The position numbers and the translations under genes were made by a program. A stretch of DNA of 64,000 bases from Zootoca vivipara. Lineage: Eukaryota. The stretch covers positions 36,642,001 through 36,706,000 of the forward strand of contig NC_083285.1 of assembly GCF_963506605.1 (NCBI RefSeq). The letters are read 5' to 3'. Position 1 is the first letter of the stretch; every line of letters starts with the position of its first letter. This document shows, in pieces, positions 14,484-25,758 of the stretch. The notes below the pieces were generated by a model that was not told the origin of the DNA, ran no database searches, and was given only the letters and a program-made list of their open reading frames with translations.

Positions 14484-14707
14484 AGGGTTATGTGGTAAAT
14501 ATTGTGCAATGCCAGTGAGGGACATCGCTTGGGGAGGGGCTTTGAAAAGTGAGATAACTTAACGTCTTCACATTGATTTACGCTCCAATCCCTAGTTTAG
14601 TACTGTGAGTTGTTACAATGACCACATAATGCTCAGCAATGTTCAAAGGAAACCCACATTGTGCTGTTCTCTGTCTCCAGTGTTTTACTTGGCTCTTATA
14701 TTTTCAG

Positions 14708-14771
14708 GTGCATCTGTATCTTGTGCTTGTCCCAAATCTACATATTCAGCTCTTCCCGATGACTATAACTG
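14708..14771 (+). CDS. MRPL42: MRPL42 coding exon 2 (SASVSCACPKSTYSALPDDYNC)
   Basis: ttttcag| acceptor and |GTATGT donor, 64 nt. KSTYSxLPDDYNC is the MRPL42 motif. Confidence 0.95.
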
Positions 14772-15614
14772 GTATGTATTAAGCCATTCAGATTTAACTC
14801 AGAAGTTCATTTCACAAGTGTGTGAAAAGACACCAGGATGTCAGTTGCTATATTAGAAGTAGCAAAATTGCCAGTCCACTCTTACTGCAGGAATAATTTA
14901 TGAATTTTAGAATCTCTGTTTTCATTTCTCATTAAAATAAAAACACCATATTATTTTAGTGGAGTTGGGCTTTTGTAGAGCTATGAAGACTTGTTGAAAA
15001 TGTATTATAGACTCTGGAGAGTTGCTGCCGGCCAGATTCTAGGAGACTGAGGTAGATTGGCAGATAGACTGATTGGTTGGTATAAGGCATCTTCCTAGGC
15101 ACTGCTTTCATAGCAATCACTTTTCTCTTGCATGAGGCTGAACATCTCATTAGGATATCAGCTTAGTTGGGCTTGCTGTCAAGGAACTTGGCTTCAACAG
15201 CCCTAGTTGGAGTATTTAGTATTGTTCTACCTTGCCCACAGATTTTTTTAAAAAAATAGAAATGAAGGTCTGTATGCTCTTTGTCTAATAAACTCACTAA
15301 TTTGGATGTTTATGAATGTGGTCAGTAGCTCCATAAAAATGCTGCTGTGAGAGGAAAACTGATATTGATCAGAAATTTCATTAGGATTGTTTGGACAACA
15401 CGTACAATCAGTGCATATTCTGGTTGCAAAGAACTGGGGAGGAAACCCAAACAGTGCTTACTCACTGTGGAAAGGCTGATGCCAAAGTGCTTGCCAAGGG
15501 TTACATACTTCAAAGGACTACACTACAGGAAAACAAGTGCTCTGCCTTATTGGACAGCTAAACAGCATTTTTGGTCTATTAGATCATATAAATAAATTTA
15601 GATCAATTTAAATA

Positions 15615-15817
15615 CAGTGGTACCTCGACTTACAAATGCCTCGACTTGCAAAGGTTTCGACTTCCGAAGTCCACTAACCCGGAAGTATTTTCGCTGTGCG
15701 CGTGTTCTGCGCATGCGCAGAAGCGGCATGCGCAAAATGGACGCTTCGACTTACAAAGGATTCGACTTCCGAAGAGCGATGTGGAACGGATCGTCTTCGT
15801 AAGTTGAGGTACCACTG
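15615..15817. mobile_element. Tc1/mariner (Tigger/pogo-like) MITE
   Basis: TA|CAGTGGTACCTCGACTTAC ... GTAAGTTGAGGTACCACTG|TA. Confidence 0.9.
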
Positions 15818-15979
15818 TATTGTATAGAAATCTTTTCTTGAGGTCTAGCCTCTATTCTGAATTTTTTAAATCATTATTTCATTTAATTATGCAAACATTT
15901 TAGTTAAAACAAGAAGGAAAAAGACTTGTCCAGTGCCATCCCTTGAAAAGGGTATTATTTTCTCTTTCCTTTTTTTTAG

Positions 15980-16064
15980 CAAAGTGGAACTTGCTGTGAC
16001 ATCGGATGGGAAAACTATTGTTTGCTATCACCCTTCAGTGGACATTCCATATGAGCACACAAGA
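15980..16064 (+). CDS. MRPL42: MRPL42 coding exon 3 ([28 protein letters not shown])
   Basis: Poly-pyrimidine acceptor, |GTAGGT donor, 85 nt. Near identity to mammalian [26 protein letters not shown]. Confidence 0.97.
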
Positions 16065-16892
16065 GTAGGTGAATCTGCAAAAAATTATCTTCCTGATTTT
16101 ATCAGGAGGACAACATAGCTCATCTTTGGGTACCCTTCCAGTTTTTTTCTTGGTGGTTATCCTTTACCATGAATGTGATTTAGAAATAGGCTTGTGCTCA
16201 AAACTTAAGCTTGGCACACTTAACAAAGCTTAAATTTTCAGCTCGATCACCAAGAAGTTCAGACCTGTGGCAATATATACAATTTCAGCGGAACACCCTA
16301 GTCTTCAGCCGTTTTCAAGACTGCATGCATCACTTCACCTTGCTTGTTATTTCCCAAAGCAAGCCAGATATCTAGATTATGTTCATCTTTAAATTCTGTT
16401 CTGTTAAGCGGAGCTTTATTTCAGGAGCTGTTCCCCCAGAGCCGACAGAAAAGAGGCTGCGGTCTATATTTCTTGGATAATTGCAAGCCAGACATGCAGA
16501 AGTAGTAGTGAGAATGAGCTCTTCCAAGTAGTTTAGTTCCAGCAGAAGTTGCTTGGATCAAAAGAGGGGGAGGTTATTCCCATATAAGGTTCAGAACAGT
16601 GGCAGGCAAAAGAGCTAGAGAAAAATAGGACTGATACATTTGTTTGGAGTGAAGAGTATTAGCTTTTGTTCTACAGCATAATGGCCAGGATCCAGCATGC
16701 TGTAATCTTTGTGTGGGGGTGGGGTGGGGTTTAAAACGATGTATACAGCAAAATGGCAAATTACGTTCTGCCTAAAACTAGCAACACCTGCACATTTCAT
16801 AACTGTACCGGCAATAAATATATGGGTTTATGGCTTTTCTTTGGGGTGTGTGTGTTTTTTTCCTCTTAATTGAGGCAGTTTTCTTTTGACAG

Positions 16893-17056
16893 CCCATTCC
16901 ACAACTAGATCCACTGGATTATAAAGAAGAAACACACGATCAAATGCTGAAATCTAGATTGGATGTGAAGGACTTCAAGAACCAGCAAGGTCCTATGATT
17001 GAGGAACTTAGTAAAATGTTTTACACAACAAAGCACCGCTGGTACCCTGTGGGACA
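16893..17056 (+). CDS. MRPL42: MRPL42 coding exon 4 ([23 protein letters not shown]...[23 protein letters not shown])
   Basis: ttttgacag| acceptor, |GTAAGT donor, 164 nt. EETHDQ and [14 protein letters not shown] motifs. Confidence 0.97.
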
Positions 17057-17836
17057 GTAAGTATTTCCCAGGTTGTTAATTGTGTGGGAGGGTGACAAGT
17101 ACTGCAGAACCCGGATTGGGTTGGTTCCAGACTTCGCCTTCTACAGATGGAAAGGCCCCTTCATCCACAGAAGGGTTTTCCTGCTAGCAGAGGGGAGGGA
17201 GGCAATGTTTGTTGATTCCCTCCTCCCCCAGCAGCCTCCAGTTCATTCTTCTATGTTTTCAGAGGTTCCCTCAACCCTCCAGAACAGTTGGGGCAAAGCT
17301 ATTTTGGGTAGGATACGAGGATTTTCATCTGCTCTGATTTTAGCTCCTGACTAAATGGCTATACTGATAATAAAGTACCTTAGAGAAAAATATATATCCA
17401 AATACATATGAGAAGACTTGTGTGTATCCAATACCTAAGTGGGCTAGGAAACCTGGTGCTTGAACTTCTGGAATGGTTTGTTATGTTGAGAATTATCGAT
17501 AATAATTTAACTCATCTGGTCCTAACAGTAAGATTTTTATTTTATTTTTTGTATAAACAAACAATGTAATTCATGCAGGCATGAATACTGATCCAGTTTT
17601 ATGTTTGGCAGTCATCTATAGCCCTACCAACAAGAAAACAAACTTTTAAATGCAGGAATTCCTTTATTTTGTATTTTTAAAAATTTAATTATACGTATTC
17701 AAAGATATAGTAAAGTTCGTATCCATTATGAAGTATCACAATGAAGAGTAGAGGGTGAAAACAAGGCTTTCCTCTAAGATAACATGTCTATAAAATATAA
17801 AAAGTTTACAACATAAAATATGAGATTACAAGCATT

Positions 17837-18270
17837 TGTTAGGATCGCGTGTAGGACCCTGGCAGAGACATATGCCTGACTGACATGTTCTCTCCCTCCT
17901 GGTTGGTTGTTCAGGAGCTTCAAAAGCTTTCTCCAGCCCGAACATCACAGCGACTGAAACCAAGATGCATCAGCACACTTAGGGATCCTGCAGAGTATTT
18001 GCGGTTCGCGTAAGAGAACTCAGTAGTGCAGCATTTTGGCTAATCTACTTTATTTACATATAATACACTTGGAGCATTCTGACTTAGCTCCTTCCTCTTT
18101 CTCATCAGACAGCAAAGAGAAAGAAACAAAGGACAATAGTCCCACTTCATGGAAAACAGTAACATAAACATCCTATCTCTGTCACTTCCCACACTGTGGA
18201 ATGAAAACATACACCGTCATGTGATAGACAACAATCCCATGACTGCAAACACAGACCAAGAATCCTAACA
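17837..18270 (-). mobile_element. Solo LTR (434 bp) in the last MRPL42 intron
   Basis: TG...CA ends with inverted termini TGTTAGGAT / ATCCTAACA. 5-bp TSD GCATT (17832-17836, 18271-18275). AATAAA on minus at 18049-18054. Confidence 0.8.
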
Positions 18271-19187
18271 GCATTAACATAGCTGGAGCAGAGCTTCTTA
18301 GCTGCCAGAGCAAATTTGGCTACCAGATAAGTAATCTGTAGATATTTATCAGCTAAGAGTTCAACTGTCATTTCCTGGGGGGGGGGGGATCAGCCTGGGA
18401 ACCTGTTAAGAATAGGCGATAAAACATTTCCTCTGGACATTGTATATAAGGAGCAAATCAATAGATAGTGCATGATATCCTTGACCTGATTACATCCATA
18501 AACGTGTTTCCGTTCCATATGGGGTATTCCAAAGTATCTCCCCTCTAAGTATACTGACAACATCTGTTGGAACCTTATTTTGACAAAGGCCCAAATAGTT
18601 GTGGAAAAGTCAGGGTCTCAGGGTAATGGGGCCTTGAATGGTTGTCTTTAATTTGAGGGTACCAAATAGACTCATCCAAAACATTGTGGATGTTACTTAG
18701 CTGGATGGACCAAGGGTCTGATTAGGTAGAAAACAGATTTCCTATTTTCCTATGCTACACACAGCCCCTAGAATTGTGTGTAGCAGTCTCTGGCCATGTG
18801 GTTCTGCAGTTCAGCCACTGTAGATGTAGTTTAGCATAGAAGCAGAAGTCTTGATCAAGCTCTTTTCTAGCACAGCTAGCAAGAGAGACAGAACCTGATG
18901 CTGAGCTAAGCATAGGATTGGACATAGGACTCCTAGGGAACTTTCATCCGTTGTGTGCTGCTGGAAGTTGGATTTGCCCATCTACCAAAACACTGCAGGG
19001 TGTTCTTGCACTACAGAAGACTTGATTTTTTTTTGTATTGGGCAGACAAATATACAAGGCATAATAATTGTAACGTAAAAACACAATGTCAACATGACAA
19101 TCACTGGTCTCTTAAAACTGAGTGTTTAAATGACTGAACATATGACAAAATACATTTTAATGTGTTTCTTCTCTTTTCTTCTTCAAG

Positions 19188-19233
19188 GTACCACACTAGA
19201 CGCAAGAAAACCAATACCCCTAAAGACAGATGA
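19188..19233 (+). CDS. MRPL42: MRPL42 last coding exon (YHTRRKKTNTPKDR*)
   Basis: Acceptor cttcttcaag|G. Ends PKDR-TGA like mammalian MRPL42. The five exons sum to 444 nt = 147 aa + stop. Confidence 0.93.
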
Positions 19234-20242
19234 ACACCGTGTTCGTCACCTTGTCATTGCTGTCAGGGCAAGTGACTACTTAAGCGGATGTGATTGCTTT
19301 GAACAATATGTTAGGTTGCCATTAAAGTACTTTTCTAACTCAGACTTGCTTTGTGCCTTCGCCCGTTCATGTGTGCTGGTTTGCTGTGCATCATTTCAGA
19401 GCACTCAGAACTCGCTGTTCCTACTAGGGCAGACCTTGGAAAGCAAGGCCAATGCTGCAGCTGAAATGAGTGTTAAACAGGGGGTTGAAATCCAAGGCAA
19501 CTTTGTGATGAGATCAAGAAGGAAATGCAGAGCCAACAGAACTGGATGCCTCAGACGTCTAGGAGACTGACACTAAATAAGTGAAACATGATGACCACGA
19601 AGACTTACGTGAAGAAACATTAAGCCTCCACCGCCAGTCATGATGGCCAGTAATGCCTGTATGGAATGTTCATGCTATGCCTACTACTGGAATTAACCAG
19701 CTCTAGTAAAGCTGTGTTCCAGAAATAATTTACTGAATGTTATTGATTAGCAGTTTTCCCAGCTAAACAATGTGGAGTGAAGAATTTGGCCTACACCCAA
19801 TGCTGTAGCTCTGCTCACGCAACAGAATTTCCTCTCTTCCAGCCCCCCACATGCACAGAAATCAGCTCTGAAGGAGCAGATTTGGGGGGGGGTGTCTGGG
19901 GAGGAAACCAAGGTCCTGTTTTGCAAACATAACTTCACTCACACAGCAATAAGCTACAACCCTTGAGACATTTTTATATCTTAAGTCTTTGGGCTCCCAG
20001 CTTGGCTTACAAAAATAACTAGTTGTAAAAAAAAACCAGTGTGGAACTTCAGCTCTTTGCTTACTCGTTTAAATATTTATTAGTCAAAAAACTAACATTT
20101 ACTAAGTGGTGTAGAGAGTAAAGCAGCAGATAGTTCTTGCTCACTGTGTAATAGAATACAAAATGAAAAAGGGATTGAGGGGAGAAAGCAATTTCGGGTA
20201 TCAATTATTAGTTATCTAATCTCAGTAATACTTGACTAATAA

Positions 20243-20618
20243 AAAGGTAAAGGTAAAGGACCCCTGACAGTTATGTCCAGTCGTGAACGACTCTGGGGTT
20301 GCGGCGCTCATCTCGCTTTACAGGCCGAGGGAGCCAACGTTTGTCCGCAGCCAGTTTTTCCGGGTCATGTGGCCAGCATGACTAAGCCGCTTCTGGCGAA
20401 ACCAGAGCAGTGCATGGAAACACCCGTTTACCTTCCTGCCGGAGCGGTACCTATTTATATACTTGCACTTTGACATGCTTGTGCTTTTGAACTTCTAGGT
20501 TGGCAGGAGCTGGGACTGAACAACGGGAGCTCACCCCGTCGCAGGGATTCAAACCGCCGACCTTCTGATCGGCAAGCTCTAGGCTCTGTGGTTTACACCA
20601 CAGCACCATCCGCGTCCC
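20243..20618 (-). mobile_element. Sauria SINE, full length
   Basis: tRNA-like head (GGGACGCGGATGGTGCTGTGG...GGTTTGAATCC) and (ACCTTT)n tail. Reverse-complement match to 23771-24125. Confidence 0.9.
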
Positions 20619-21678
20619 AGTCTTGACTGATAATGGGAAAGTAATTATCATGTTTTGCAAGATTTTTGTTCATATGTTGTAGGCACGGAATGCCCAGATT
20701 TCCTGCATAATTGGAACGTTGCATAAGAACACGAATGATTTGGCTTGGAACATCTTACAAGACTTAAGTTTCCCCAAAGTATCAATTCGGCTTAATGTTG
20801 GGGAAATTAAATGGAGCTCTCAGGTGCTCTTGTACCATTTCTGCTCACTCTTGTAGCCACCTTTTTCAAAGTAGGGCAACAGCAACTCCAAATGGATGGT
20901 GGGCACATATCAGCTCCTCTGATGGTACAGATTATGTCCCAGAGAGCCTCTTCACAGAAAGGTGTTGAAGACATGATCTAGAAAAGTATCTCAATCCATT
21001 TGGGTGGGATGTGTCTAGGGCAGCTGGAAACGTTACAAGTATTGGCGGGGGTTGGGACCTAAGAGAATTTAAACCATCAATCTGCACTGTCGAAATCTCA
21101 GCTCTCACTGATTAAGACCAGCATGTCATCTGCTGCACAGGTGCCTATGGAGATGCGAAGAAGAATTGAAGCAACATTTGCTCCAAGCTTTGGCTTTGGG
21201 TGGGTTGGAGAGGAAAGGCATGTCCTCGGAAAGTATTAATCTTGGAAGCAGAAAACCAAGTGCATAAATGCATGCAAAACGTGAGTTTCCCAAGTATGTG
21301 AAAGGTAGACTGAGACTAAACTGTACCTCGTCACTTCAATTAAAGTGGCATGGGGGAGTTGGTGACTCAGATCTGAAAAGTAAAGGAAAGATATATGGTT
21401 CCATGCCATCAATAGTAAGGTTAATCGATCACAGTAAGAAAAATATATAAAAAGAGAAAACTTACAGAAAGCAGATACTAAAATAGCAACATTAAACTGG
21501 AGGAAATTGTTTTGTACACTTTTGGAAGAAGAAGAAAAAATCAAGTTACCCAGAGCACTAAAATTATGAAAGACAAAAATACATTACTTCGGTTAAGTGT
21601 TTGGAAAGGAATATTAAAATGGGAGGAGATCAGTGTCATGATAGTGGCATTTTCTTTTTGGTTTTACAAATGAATGTA

Positions 21679-21857
21679 CAGTGGTATCTCGCGTTACAAA
21701 CACTTCGGGTTACAGACTCCGCTAACCTGGAAGTAGTACCTCGGGTTAAGAACTTTACCTCAGGATGAGAACAGAAATCGTGCTAAAATGGTACCTCAGT
21801 TTCAGGTTAAGAACGGACCTCTAGAACGAATTAAGTTCTTAACCTGAGGTACCACTG
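21679..21857. mobile_element. Tc1/mariner (Tigger-like) MITE
   Basis: TA|CAGTGGTATCTC ... GAGGTACCACTG|TA. Confidence 0.85.
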
Positions 21858-21971
21858 TATTCTGTAACCACTCCTGATTATATATGTTACCATTACACAT
21901 TGTGATCCCAACCAGCAGAGGGCACTGCTAGACAAGACCTCAGCCTTACTTACCTATAATTTAACTACATA

Positions 21972-22758
21972 CAGTGGTACCTTGGTTCTCAAACTTAATC
22001 CATTCCGGAAGTCCGTTCCAAAACCAAGGTGCACTTTGCCATAGAAAGTAATGCAAAATGGATTAATCCGTTCCAGACTTTTAAAAACAACCCCTAAAAC
22101 AGCAATTTAACATGAATTTTACTTTCTAATGAGACCATCGATCCATAAAATGAAGGCAATAATCAATATACTGTACTGTAAAATAAATAAGACAATATTG
22201 TAGATGATAAAAAAATTCTTACCTGCACTGATGATAGTCGTTCTTTGGATAGGGGGCTTTTATCCATTTCCACAGTCACACAATCAATCAGTAGCTGAAC
22301 TGTGTTCCACAGCCCCCAAAACGAAGGCACAAGGCAGAGTTCCCCAAAAGTCCCCAAAATGAAGGAGCAAGGCAGAGACAAAGGCAAGAGACAGAATCCC
22401 AAATTTTTCCACTCACCCCCTCCTACTGAGTGGGTAGGCTTACCTGGCAAGATGCTACCCACCTTGCTACCAGCTGGGATGGGGTGAGGGTCGGTAAAGG
22501 GCTGGTGCTTTGTTTTCTTACCTGGAGTTCATCGCTGGACTTTGCTGTTGGTTAGGTAAGTGTTCCTCGTGGGGGTTTGGGGTCATGGTACAACCTGCAA
22601 GGTCTCCCGCGGCCGATGCCTTCTTCCCCCAGCAGCGGAGGCCAAATCAGGGCACATTCGGCTTCCGAAAAAAAGTTTGAACACCTATTTCCAGTTTTGC
22701 AGCGTTTGGGTTCCAAGTTGTTTGTGAATTAAGCTGTTCGAGAACCAAAGTACCACTG
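21972..22758. mobile_element. Tc1/mariner (Tigger-like) non-autonomous element, ~790 bp
   Basis: TA|CAGTGGTACCTTGGTTCTC ... GAGAACCAAAGTACCACTG|TA. No transposase ORF. Confidence 0.85.
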
Positions 22759-23770
22759 TACTAGAATCAAATGGGGGGGGGCAGAGAGAGAAGTAAAATG
22801 AAGACTTGAAGACATTGAGGAAAATTTGAGACGTGAGTGGGGTACATCAGGAAAGTTAAGCAGTTTGTAAGGAACTATAATACTGGATCGTTTTACACTT
22901 TTCTGAATAATTTGGCACAAGGGTACCTAAGTGTAACCGATATGTGTTTCTCCTGGTTCTCTGAAAGGAAGGGGAAGAACTGAACAGCTCCCCTCTCTTT
23001 GTTTGCAAGTCAAGAGTGGCAGGAGGTGATGTAAAGATAAAAACAGGGCACATGTTAATACTCTTATTATTTACAGAAGTTCAATTTAGCAAACAAGATG
23101 AATCCAAAGACGTTTACAAGCTGCTTTAAAGTAACTTTGAAGTGGCCACGAACATACGTGTAATGCTATATATGTTAACTTGACAATAAGCCCAATTGTA
23201 TTACATTAGATTTGCTCCTGAGGATTGTGCTGTCAATGAGCTAGGCCTCTCTTTTCCAGAGTGCATCAAACTGACACCAGATTCTGCAGCGACAGAGTAT
23301 CATTTGCCACTTGCGTACAATACTCATAAATCCCGAGAAGCCATGTATGGCTACAAATACAAAACGGGCAGCTAGAAACTTAAGGAGCTTCAGTAAAGGA
23401 AACTAAAAGAAGCTGAAAGACACTATGAGCCACCACAAAGTAGTCCCTGACAGCCATGCAAATGGAAATAAATCAAAACTGATCTTGCCCATTGTAATTT
23501 GCTATAGAGCAGCAGCAATGTACATTTATATTAAGCTACCTTGGGCTGAGCTTGTGCTATTTATGTGCCTTTTCCAGCTAGAAAACATTATTCACTGAGT
23601 TGAGAGTGCTTGCTTATGAAAAACGTGAACCCCGAGAGTTGGTGAAAGTGTTTCTAACTGGTACAAAACCAGCCTTGAACATTTCAGTCCAGCAATATGT
23701 TTACTTACTGACAGCAGGAAATATTCCTGCCCACAGCAGAAAGGCAGATTTTGTGGCTGTTCTTATTTCA

Positions 23771-24125
23771 GGGACCCAGGTGGCGCTGTGGTTAAACCAC
23801 TGAGCCTAGGGCTTGCTGATCAGAAGGTCGGCGGTTTGAATCCCTGTGACGGGGTGAGCTCCCGTTGCTTGGTCCCAGCTCCTGCCAACCTAGGAGTTCG
23901 AAAGCACATCAAAATGCAAGTAGATAAATAGGAACCGATACAGCGGGAAGGTAAACGGCGTTTCCATGTGCTGCTCTGGTTTGCCAGAAGCGGCTTTGTC
24001 ATGCTGGCCACATGACCTGGAAGCTATACGCCGGCTCCCTCGGCCAATAATGCGAGATGAGCGCGCAACCCCAGAGTCGGTCACGACTGAACCTAATGGT
24101 CAGGGGTCCCTTTACCTTTACCTTT
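23771..24125 (+). mobile_element. Sauria SINE, full length
   Basis: GGGACCCAGGTGGCGCTGTGG A-box head, GGTTTGAATCC B-box, CCTTTACCTTTACCTTT tail. TSD TTATTTCA (23763-23770, 24126-24133). Confidence 0.9.
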
Positions 24126-24667
24126 TTATTTCAGGTATGAACAGAAGAGGGCTCCGAGCTCTGCACTAATTGGATATGTAAAGTGCACGAGTGTTGAGAT
24201 GCCTCAGTTAACAGTACCAAACATCTCCATGAGTGTATTGGCTACAGCGGAGGCTGTAGGATTAGGGTTTGCACCTGCTCTCTGGCTACTGCAGAGATAG
24301 AAGCAGGCCTACCGCCCCTATGATTTGCACATATACTCAGTTATGCTGATATTTCCAGTTAATGTGAGGCTTTATGCGTACAGTATTCTCATTCCCTTAG
24401 CTTACTACAGTAGTGTTTTCATTCTACTTCAAATAGATCTTAACTTTTAAATAGGTGGAAGAAGCCTTTCTGACACAGATAATTGCTCACTCCCCCCCCC
24501 TCCCCGAAGCTTTAAGGATCAAATGAAATGCAATGGCAGCAGTTAAATGTCCTTAAAACACCCAGCCACTTAGAAACTACAAAAAGGGGTGAGTGGAAGA
24601 TTTTAAAAACAAACTGACAAAAGGAGTGCAAACCTCTTTCCAACCAACTGCAACTTACCTCGCCCAT

Positions 24668-24700
<33 letters not shown>
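24668..24700. repeat. (ATATAC)n microsatellite
   Basis: Direct read, about 5 units. Confidence 0.9.
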
Positions 24701-24701
<1 letters not shown>

Positions 24702-24711
24702 ATCCTCAAAT

Positions 24712-24960
24712 GAGCTGTGCCTGTATCCTCCAGCAGTGGGAAAGTAGCTTGGGGAGTGACTGAGCAAGATGATGGCTGGAGAAGAAAGAGTTAAGCATCT
24801 CTCTTGAATCCGAATTCGGCCAGTTACCATCTCTCAGCCTAACCTACCTCACAGGGTTGTTGTGAGGATTAAATGAGGGGCATGATAACTATGTAAGCCA
24901 TTTTGAGCCCCATGGAGAAAAAGGTGGGATATAAAATGCACCAAATAAATAAATAAATAA
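24712..24960 (+). mobile_element. Old SINE with (AAAT)n tail (L2-tail type)
   Basis: CTCTCAGCCTAACCTACCTCACAGGGTTGTTGTGAGGAT core and AAAT tail. Related minus-strand copies at ~5236-5440 and ~59660-60200. Confidence 0.6.
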
Positions 24961-25758
24961 CATTAATTGACTTCATTAAGGCAGGTTCATTAATTTCAAT
25001 GGGTATACTGTTGAGTAGAACTTAATTAAATACCACCCTCTGATTCCAGGCTCTCTCTGCTGCTTTTCATTATACAAAAACCACAGAGAGAGGCCACTGC
25101 ATATATCTGTGGTATAACATCTTGAACCTTTTCACTGCCTTGTTCATATATTTGGGAACACTGCTTGGTCATTCACTGTTGCTTTCACGAATAAGCTAAT
25201 GATAGAATACCTAAATCCAAGTTATATTTTAGATAGTAGTTTGCTACTTAACCACAAAGATGTAACCCCTGTGCATGGACTAAGTGTTTGGATTTCATAT
25301 TTGAAGTTTTAATGTGCAGTATTAATAATGAACAGCAACCCATCGCACACACAAAAAGGCAGAAATGCAGTCTCACTGGTATAGGTCTTTCAAGATTTTA
25401 GGGAGACTTAAATGTTGTTTGCATTGTGTTACACTAACATGGGAATATGTTGGGGGTGGGTGCCATGTAATCTAATTGTATATGTGTTGAAAGCATTCGT
25501 GAATACAGATTGCATTTTTTTTCTGAAGAACACAAGACCACAAACCAATCCCGGGTACCTCAGAGGTAAAGTACACGCTTTGTATTCTCATTGTCCCAGG
25601 GTTCAAACTATTTCAATTGGCTTTGCCTGCTTTTTGGGAGGGACAGGGCTAAAAGGCTGAAATTCAATGCACACTTATTTCGGAATAAGTTCCACCGACT
25701 CAGTGGGTCTTCTCAGTAAATATGATAAAAATGACACAATCACCGATGGTAGTTCCTT

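Noticed and set aside
19130-19570. 146-aa ORF over the last MRPL42 exon
   Set aside because: Different frame from the MRPL42 splice phase, spans intron and 3' UTR, no recognisable motif.
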